The notes beneath the pieces were generated by a model, which saw nothing but the letters and a program-made list of their open reading frames with translations, did no database searches and was not told the origin of the DNA. Position numbers and translations under genes: made by a program. Positions 57,708 to 64,000 of a stretch of 64,000 nucleotides of DNA are shown in pieces (positions within the stretch are counted from its first letter, which is position 1; every line of letters begins with the position of its first letter). This stretch comes from an uncultured Planctomycetales bacterium (lineage in GTDB: Bacteria; Omnitrophota; Gorgyraeia; Zapsychrales; Fredricksoniimonadaceae), in the NCBI GenBank assembly GCA_964572155.1, contig CAZNDZ010000001.1, positions 582,518-646,517 of the forward strand, read 5' to 3'.

Positions 57708-58118
57708 TTGATGTTAGAAAACTTACATCCCAAATTGGTGCATTTTCCAATCGCCTTGATTTTAACGGCTGGGGTGTTTGATGTTTTGAGTCTGATTTTA
57801 AAGAAGGAATCATTGCATCAAGCCGCTAGGTATGTCTTTAACCTAGCGGCTTTCTTTTCTGTGTTAGCTGTGATCAGTGGTTTACAAGAAGCGAATCACC
57901 TGCAATTAAATCATCCCGTCTTAACATCACATCGTTTTTATGCTATTGTCTTAGCAGTCATTTCAATCTTGTCGGTTGGGGTACTATTTTTTTTACCAAA
58001 GCGATTCGTGCGTCCTGTCTTCTTCGGGATGGTTTTATTCTGTGCTATACTTGTTATAGTGGTTGGCCATTTAGGTGGACAAATGGTTTATGAGTATGGT
58101 GTTGGCGTTGCGCGTTAA
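57708..58118 (+). CDS. small integral membrane protein (DUF2231-like)
   Basis: 4 TM; LVHFPIALILTAGVFD. Confidence 0.45.
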   Translation: MMLENLHPKLVHFPIALILTAGVFDVLSLILKKESLHQAARYVFNLAAFFSVLAVISGLQEANHLQLNHPVLTSHRFYAIVLAVISILSVGVLFFLPKRFVRPVFFGMVLFCAILVIVVGHLGGQMVYEYGVGVAR

Positions 58119-58135
58119 CGGTTGTTGAGGGATAT

Positions 58136-58726
58136 ATGATCAATGATATCTTATTAGCTTTTGTGCCCATGTTCTTTGCCATCGACCCTGTTGGCATATT
58201 GCCTATTTTTATGGGTTTGACAGCGGGATACGATGCCAAAGCAAAAAAGAAGATTATCATCCAATCATTGATAACTGCGTCCTTATTAGCTGTGGGTTTT
58301 ATATTTTTAGGACGGTTTATATTTAAGTTTTTAGGCATTAGCATGGGTGATTTCATGGTCGCTGGTGGGGCTATCCTTTTTTGTTTATCCATCTTGGATC
58401 TGAGTGGTCGAGGGAGAAGCTTGGTTAATCAGCAAGATGAGGTTGGCGCTGTACCCATTGGAACGCCGCTGATTGTTGGGCCGGCTGTTTTGACCATGTG
58501 TTTGATTCAAATGACACAATATGGTTTTGCCATCACCTTGGCTGCGGTATTCTTAAATATGATCATTGTAGGCGTTTTATTTTTCTTTGCGGATTTCTTT
58601 ATATCGATTGTCGGAAAGAATGGGGCCAGAGCCCTTTCTAAAGTTTTGTATCTATTGTTAGCTGCCATTGGCGTCATGATGATCCGTCGGGGGATCTTAG
58701 AGATGATCGCGGCAAACCACATCTAA
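58136..58726 (+). CDS. MarC-family (UPF0056) integral membrane protein
   Basis: 6 TM; FFAIDPVGILPIFMGLT. Confidence 0.7.
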   Translation: MINDILLAFVPMFFAIDPVGILPIFMGLTAGYDAKAKKKIIIQSLITASLLAVGFIFLGRFIFKFLGISMGDFMVAGGAILFCLSILDLSGRGRSLVNQQDEVGAVPIGTPLIVGPAVLTMCLIQMTQYGFAITLAAVFLNMIIVGVLFFFADFFISIVGKNGARALSKVLYLLLAAIGVMMIRRGILEMIAANHI

Positions 58727-58727
58727 T

Positions 58728-59927
58728 ATGGCCATTAAGATTATTCAGCGGTATGTCTTCACATTCTTCCTAACGTTATTTTCGTTGGTAGTTTTCGTCG
58801 TAGCTATTGTGTATTTTCTAATCGCAACGCCTATTGGTGGGCGATTGTTGGTGCATTACCTCTTATTGCAATCAGCACAAACCGCCTCTGTCAGCCTTGA
58901 ATCATTTTCAGGAAACCTTAAAGAAGGGATGCAATTTAAGAATGTTCAGATTAAGAATTGCCCAATTCTTGGAACAAAGACAATTGTAACGGCGCAACGC
59001 ATGGATGTTCGCTTACCTGTTTTGGATCTAAGTAAGATTGAAGTCACGATTTTTAATGCGCGATTAGATTTGCCTAATAGTGACCCGATGTTATTTCATG
59101 CCTATATCAAAGATGGGAATATTTCTGGTGATGTTGAAGCAAAGATCCTGGATATATCCGTATTATTGCAAGCATTTTTGAAAACGGATTTGTATAAGAT
59201 GGTGCATGGTACAGCATCTTCGGCGAAGTTCGATGTCAGTGGGAGCGTCTTGAGTCCTTCTGTGAAAGGTGGTTTTGTCGCTGATAAAGTAACCTATGGT
59301 GATAAAGTAGTGCGGCAAATTTTTGCTAAAGTAGATGTAACCTTGGCCTATGCGAATGATCAATGGCAAATGCGTGGATTGGTACTTTTAGATGGTGGTG
59401 AAGTGGATGTTAATAAGAATACGTTTAACCTTGAGTTAAGTAGGATTACTTTTAAAGAGAACATGATTGATCCCGACGTTGATATCCGTTGCACCATTCA
59501 TAAAGATATCTATGACATTGACATGCGCGTATTAGGAACAATCAAATACAATAAGATCACCGCTCAATCAGATCCTTATTTAACACAAGAAGGCGCATTC
59601 ATGTTGCTTGGGATGGGCAATTGGTCTCCACTAAACAATGCGTCACTAAATCTTCAGAGCGATGCCCAATCCATGGGTATTAAGAGAAAATTAGGTGAGA
59701 ACTTAAATGTGGGTTATGGTTATGAGCAATCGTCAGAGAATTTTAGAGGAGAGTCTAATTCCATCCAATTTTTGCAAGGTCAAATGTCCTTGTCTGATGG
59801 ACTTTCAGTTAACGTCGAGAAAACAATTTCTTCCTCTCATGAGAGGGATCGTTTTAATAGCACTAACATTGATCCAAGAAAAGATAACGAGTCGCGCATG
59901 TATTTGAAGTATCAGAATAAGTTTTAA
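58728..59927 (+). CDS. membrane-anchored beta-rich protein, possible short AsmA/TamB-like (DUF490-like), hypothetical
   Basis: N-terminal TM, a long beta-rich periplasmic region, and a C-terminal aromatic residue. Confidence 0.3.
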   Translation: MAIKIIQRYVFTFFLTLFSLVVFVVAIVYFLIATPIGGRLLVHYLLLQSAQTASVSLESFSGNLKEGMQFKNVQIKNCPILGTKTIVTAQRMDVRLPVLDLSKIEVTIFNARLDLPNSDPMLFHAYIKDGNISGDVEAKILDISVLLQAFLKTDLYKMVHGTASSAKFDVSGSVLSPSVKGGFVADKVTYGDKVVRQIFAKVDVTLAYANDQWQMRGLVLLDGGEVDVNKNTFNLELSRITFKENMIDPDVDIRCTIHKDIYDIDMRVLGTIKYNKITAQSDPYLTQEGAFMLLGMGNWSPLNNASLNLQSDAQSMGIKRKLGENLNVGYGYEQSSENFRGESNSIQFLQGQMSLSDGLSVNVEKTISSSHERDRFNSTNIDPRKDNESRMYLKYQNKF

Positions 59928-60027
59928 TGTTAAGCTTACAATCCATGCAATTATCTGTACAATCAATGCGCCTTTGTTATAATGCAGTGAATCATTTATT
60001 GACTACTATATCGAAAAGGAAAATGTC

Positions 60028-60558
60028 ATGAATAAGTTAATGCTCTCATTAGTTGCTGCGGTAGGTTTGGCTTTATCATCCAATGCATTTGCAGCAGATG
60101 ATACCGTTGGTGCTGGCAAATTAATCAAGGTTGATTACACGTTAACTGTCGATAATAAGCAAGTTGAATCATCCATTGGCAAGCAACCGCTCGAATTTGT
60201 GATGGGCAATAGATCGATCATCCCAGGATTAGAAAAAGGGATTACAGGGATGCATGTCGGCGAAGAAAAGATGATCACCGTGGCGCCCGCTGATGCTTAT
60301 GGTCAACCTGATGCAAAAGCTATTAAAGAATTTCCTAAGACATCCATGCCTAAAGATATGGAATTAAAGCCAGGCTTAGTGCTGCAAGCGAGCGCTCCCG
60401 ATGGAAATAGTTTTCCTGCGACAATCAAAGAAGTTAAAGCAACCACGGTGTTGCTTGATTTCAATCACCCATTGGCTGGTAAACAATTGCAATTTAAAAT
60501 TAAAATATTAGGCGTTCAACCAGCACCTGCGGCTCCAGCTGTTGGTGTAAAGAACTAA
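60028..60558 (+). CDS. FKBP-type peptidyl-prolyl cis-trans isomerase (periplasmic)
   Basis: Signal peptide and the FKBP core VDYTLTVDNKQVESS...PLEFVMGNRSIIPGLEKGITGMHVGEEK. Confidence 0.8.
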   Translation: MNKLMLSLVAAVGLALSSNAFAADDTVGAGKLIKVDYTLTVDNKQVESSIGKQPLEFVMGNRSIIPGLEKGITGMHVGEEKMITVAPADAYGQPDAKAIKEFPKTSMPKDMELKPGLVLQASAPDGNSFPATIKEVKATTVLLDFNHPLAGKQLQFKIKILGVQPAPAAPAVGVKN

Positions 60559-60569
60559 GCGATACGACT

Positions 60570-61007
60570 ATGATAAAAGAAGTGATTCACGCAACAAAAT
60601 TATCCCAAGTAATGGCGCAACCGGTTATCACGGTTAAGACGCAAGATGAGTTTCATATTGTTTGGGAAAAGATGGACCTGTATGATATTCGCCATTTGCC
60701 CGTTGTTAACGACTTGGGATGTTTGGTTGGCTTAATCACAGAGCGAAGTTTATATAAGATACATTCTCCAAGAAAATTGGAGGATGGATCTTGGTATTAT
60801 GATTCAGATGTGTTAGATGGTTTTATCTTAACAAAAGTTATGCAACATAATCCATTTACCCTTAAAGAAGACAATACCTTAGCAGAAGCGATGAAAGCCA
60901 TGACACAATTTAAATATGGTTGTATCCCTATCGTTAATAAGGATTTGATCCCAGTTGGGATTGTCACGCGCAACAATATCATCAAACATTTTCTAAATCA
61001 TGCCTAA
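60570..61007 (+). CDS. CBS domain pair protein
   Basis: Two CBS motifs (VMAQPVITV...DIRHLPVVND; PFTLKEDNTLAEAMKAM...GCIPIVN). Confidence 0.7.
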   Translation: MIKEVIHATKLSQVMAQPVITVKTQDEFHIVWEKMDLYDIRHLPVVNDLGCLVGLITERSLYKIHSPRKLEDGSWYYDSDVLDGFILTKVMQHNPFTLKEDNTLAEAMKAMTQFKYGCIPIVNKDLIPVGIVTRNNIIKHFLNHA

Positions 61008-62184
61008 TACGGATGCATTATTTTACATGACCCTTATCACAGGCGCTGTGATAGGGGTTTTGTCTTTTCGACAAATGAAGTTAAAGAGCCAACGCCAAGA
61101 GCGTGTCATCAAAGAGTTGCAAGAAATGGTGGCCGTTCAACAGCGACAGTCTACGACGGAGCGAAGTGAGCTTAATGTCATCTTGTCGAGCATGGTCGAG
61201 GGGGTTTTGGTTATTGGTCGTGATGATAAGATTCAGTATATCTCGCCAAATGTTTCAGACATGTTTGATTTTCGTTCTAAGGCTTTAACGGCGAAGTCAT
61301 ATTGGGAGGTTATCCCTCACGGGCAAATCATTTCAGCCATTAAAGAAACATTGCAATCTTCTAAAGCGGTGTCTCGGGAAATTGTGTTGTTTCAGCAAAC
61401 GGATATTGTTTTTAATATTCAAGTGTCACCTGTAATCAACGACGGGCTGTTGATGGGGGCTGTCGCTGTTTTTCATGATATCACCGAGTTAAAGAAGTTA
61501 TTAAAAATGCGCTCTGAGTTTGTTGCCAATGTATCTCATGAATTAAAAACACCGTTGACGTCGATCAAAGGGTATGTAGAGACGTTACGTGAAGCAGGTG
61601 GTTTGGATGATAAGGCAAGTGTTCAGAAATTCTTAGGAGTGATAGAGAAACAGACATTACGCCTAGAAGACCTTGTGAAAGATTTATTAACGTTATCCGC
61701 CATTGAGACCAAAGAAGTGGTTATGGATCTTCAGTCATGTGACATGAAAGCCATTATCGATAATGTTGTTAATATTCTAAAACCATCTACAAAACAAAAT
61801 GTTATTGTTCTAGCGCCGAGCAATATCCTTAAAGTGAGGGTGGATCGCAATCGTATGGAACAGGTGTTTATCAATTTATTAGAGAACGCCATTAAATTCA
61901 CACCTTCTCAAGGTACCATAGAAATCAGCGTTATCGATCAGAATCCTTATATTAGGGTAGATGTCAAGGATTCTGGCATTGGCATTGCCCCAGAACATTT
62001 GCCGCGTTTGTTTGAGCGTTTTTACCGTGTTGATAAAGCACGTTCCACCGAGCTTGGCAGCACAGGTTTAGGGTTGGCCATCGTTAAGCATATCGTCCAA
62101 GCACATCAAGGCCGTGTTGAGGTTCAAAGTAAGCCTGAGCAAGGCTCCACATTCTCCGTTTTTCTTCCTGCATTTAAGAATTAA
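61000..62184 (+). CDS. sensor histidine kinase, PhoR-like (TM, PAS, HisKA, HATPase)
   Basis: H-box EFVANVSHELKTPLTSIKGY, N-box LLENAIKFT, and G-boxes DSGIGI/GSTGLGLAIVK. Confidence 0.8.
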   Translation: MPNTDALFYMTLITGAVIGVLSFRQMKLKSQRQERVIKELQEMVAVQQRQSTTERSELNVILSSMVEGVLVIGRDDKIQYISPNVSDMFDFRSKALTAKSYWEVIPHGQIISAIKETLQSSKAVSREIVLFQQTDIVFNIQVSPVINDGLLMGAVAVFHDITELKKLLKMRSEFVANVSHELKTPLTSIKGYVETLREAGGLDDKASVQKFLGVIEKQTLRLEDLVKDLLTLSAIETKEVVMDLQSCDMKAIIDNVVNILKPSTKQNVIVLAPSNILKVRVDRNRMEQVFINLLENAIKFTPSQGTIEISVIDQNPYIRVDVKDSGIGIAPEHLPRLFERFYRVDKARSTELGSTGLGLAIVKHIVQAHQGRVEVQSKPEQGSTFSVFLPAFKN

Positions 62185-62360
62185 CACAACCTTAATCTTT
62201 CCTTAACATTTACATCCTATACTTCTCGTAAAAGAAGAAAAGGAGAGTCAATATGTCACAAGAGGTTTTACAGTATATTTTAGAAGTTGTTTTTAAGGTA
62301 AATTTAGACATTTAATGTCAAAGATTTACCTAACTAATTGTAATACATATGGTTGTGATC

Positions 62361-62378
62361 TTAACACAATCTTAACAT
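62361..62378 (+). promoter_or_regulatory. Pho-box-like direct repeats (CTTAACA-n4-CTTAACA) upstream of the porin gene
   Basis: Two 7-bp direct repeats with 11-bp periodicity about 30 bp upstream of a TATAAT (62408-62413). A second tri-repeat with the same period is at 62181-62208. Confidence 0.4.
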
Positions 62379-62453
62379 ATCCTTTATATATTCCTAATCA
62401 TCGTAAAATATAATTACAACGAGTAAAGTTTAAAAATCCCAAGGAGAAACGTT

Positions 62454-63707
62454 ATGAAAAAGATTTTTGTAGTATTCATGTTAATGGTTTTTGGAGCGGC
62501 GAATATGAGTTATGCTGCCTCTACTCAAGTAGATTCATTAATTGAGAAATTAATGGAGAAAGGCATCTTAACAAAAGCAGAAGCTAGATCCATGAAAATG
62601 GAAATTGCGGCAGATGCAAAAGCTTTACAAGAAGAAAGTTTGAAAACGCAATTACCAACCTGGGTACAAAATACTAAACTCAAAGGCGATGTGCGCTTAC
62701 GTTATCAGTATGAACGTAGGGTTAATGATGCGGACGCTCGCACACGTGGACGCGTGCGTTTTCGTTTGGGGTTAGAAAATAAAATTAATGATCAATGGAA
62801 TGTTGGTGTGGGTTTAGCAAGTTCTGAAAGTGGGTCTTCAACGGACGATGCTAGATCAACAAACATGACATTCAATGATTCATTCCGTCGAGGAGATATT
62901 CGTCTTGACTATGCATACGCAGAGTTTCAACCAGCATCGTGGGCTAAGGTGGTAGGTGGTAAATTTATAAAAACAAATTATTTGTGGGCGCCATCCGATA
63001 TGTTGTGGGATACTGACATTAATCCTGCTGGTGCTTCAGTACATTTGGAACATCAGTTATCAGATCTTATGACAGCTTATGTGAATAATGGTCTTTGGGT
63101 TATTGATGATAACAGTAAGGCTGACCGCACCGACCCATATTTGGTATATGGACAAGGCGGGGTTAAATTGAGCCAAGGAGTCTTTGGATTAAACTTGGCA
63201 GGTACTTATTATGGTTTTAATGGTGTTAAAGGTGCCGCATTAGATGGTAGTGCGTCATCTAATACTTTGGTTGGTTCAGTCTTAAAATATGACTACGATG
63301 CCATGGGCGCAACAGCAGAGTTTAGCATCAAGGATCCATCGGTAGGGTTATTGCCCATTGAGAAGTTGGCATTCTTTGGGGATTATATTCAGAATATGGA
63401 TACTGATGTCAATGATAGCACAGGCTGGGCTGCAGGTTTAAAGCTTGGCGATGAAAAAGTTGCTGGTCCCAAACAATGGCAATTAAAGTATCAATATACC
63501 AATTTAGGCAAAGATGCTTGGCCAGATGCTTTCCCTGATTCTGATCGCTTGGGCGGTGTCACCGATGTTAAAGGTCAAGAAGTAGAGCTGACCTTTGGTA
63601 TTGCAAAGAATGTTACGGTTGGATTGGATTATTACAAAGACATGCGCATTAAAGCGGCAAAGAATCCACAACATCTTTTTCAGGCCGATTTGAATTTTAA
63701 ATTCTAG
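62454..63707 (+). CDS. outer-membrane porin, putative phosphate-selective (OprO/P-like)
   Basis: Signal peptide, alternating beta-strand pattern, C-terminal F. Context is PhoR-like kinase upstream and pstS downstream. Confidence 0.5.
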   Translation: MKKIFVVFMLMVFGAANMSYAASTQVDSLIEKLMEKGILTKAEARSMKMEIAADAKALQEESLKTQLPTWVQNTKLKGDVRLRYQYERRVNDADARTRGRVRFRLGLENKINDQWNVGVGLASSESGSSTDDARSTNMTFNDSFRRGDIRLDYAYAEFQPASWAKVVGGKFIKTNYLWAPSDMLWDTDINPAGASVHLEHQLSDLMTAYVNNGLWVIDDNSKADRTDPYLVYGQGGVKLSQGVFGLNLAGTYYGFNGVKGAALDGSASSNTLVGSVLKYDYDAMGATAEFSIKDPSVGLLPIEKLAFFGDYIQNMDTDVNDSTGWAAGLKLGDEKVAGPKQWQLKYQYTNLGKDAWPDAFPDSDRLGGVTDVKGQEVELTFGIAKNVTVGLDYYKDMRIKAAKNPQHLFQADLNFKF

Positions 63708-63732
63708 GATTGTTATTTAAGAAAGGAAAAGT

Positions 63733-64000
63733 ATGAAATTGAAATTATTAGCAGTGTTGGGTTGTATGGGTTTTGCGGTTAACGTATTTGCGGCAGATAT
63801 GATCAAAGTGGATGGCTCCTCGACAGTATTTCCAATCACGGAAGCTGTCGCGGAAGAATTTGGTAAAGTGAGTGGCGGCGCTAAGGCCATGGTTGGTATT
63901 TCCGGTACCGGTGGTGGTTTCAAGCGTTTTTGTCGAGGAGAAACAGATATAAGCAATGCCTCTCGTCCCATCAAAGAAAAAGAAATAGCGGCGTGTAAAG
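63733..64000 (+). CDS. pstS: phosphate ABC transporter substrate-binding protein, 5' fragment (continues beyond the window)
   Basis: Signal peptide then [23 protein letters not shown]...[30 protein letters not shown]. Confidence 0.8.
   Translation, partial: MKLKLLAVLGCMGFAVNVFAADMIKVDGSSTVFPITEAVAEEFGKVSGGAKAMVGISGTGGGFKRFCRGETDISNASRPIKEKEIAACK

Noticed and set aside
59928-60027. Repeated CAATC/CAAT motifs and a TGTTATAAT element before the FKBP gene
   Set aside because: This is consistent with an ordinary extended -10 promoter. The short repeats are too degenerate to call a regulatory site.
63717-63974. 85-aa minus-strand ORF
   Set aside because: It is antisense to the clearly recognisable pstS 5' coding region.
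1-64000. CRISPR arrays, IS elements, integrases and prophage genes
   Set aside because: I looked for regular direct repeats with spacers, transposase (DDE) or recombinase (tyrosine/serine) signatures, and phage structural genes, and found none in either strand's ORF set.

Overview
This 64 kb window appears to be chromosomal DNA from a low-GC, diderm (LPS-bearing) bacterium. The gene content and the aceE-aceF-lpdA order are consistent with a gammaproteobacterium-like lineage, but that is an inference, not a search result. Most of the window is housekeeping: a tmk-holB-PSP1-metG-mtnA-thiL-tsaE-tsaB-alr block, pilB/pilT/pilU ATPases, lptFG, comF, pyrE, maf, the aceE-aceF-lpdA pyruvate dehydrogenase operon, tRNA-Leu(CAG), smpB, mscL, tmRNA, glgP, pckA, a CusBA-type heavy-metal RND efflux locus, and a PhoR-like kinase next to a porin and pstS. 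I found no CRISPR array, transposase or integrase.

The accessory content is what deserves attention:
1. Two paralogous large secreted or membrane proteins of unknown family (1359 aa and 628 aa). Each carries a 27-nt near-identical palindromic DNA segment in frame, at positions that are not homologous between the two proteins.
2. A tightly packed operon encoding an HExxH metalloprotein, a Ddl-like ATP-grasp ligase and a DEDDh exonuclease, placed directly upstream of the smaller paralog.
3. A compact YdbH-YnbE-YdbL-type (AsmA-family) module in which YnbE and YdbL are fused. It sits inside a cluster of four GT-C/TMTC-like polytopic membrane proteins, two of which have C-terminal TPRs.
4. A receiver / unknown 218-aa protein / receiver trio.
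5. A DUF1653 domain fused to a channel pore with a non-canonical selectivity filter.
6. A candidate ~170-nt small RNA or attenuator leader.
7. A tmRNA whose predicted tag is unusually long (24 aa).
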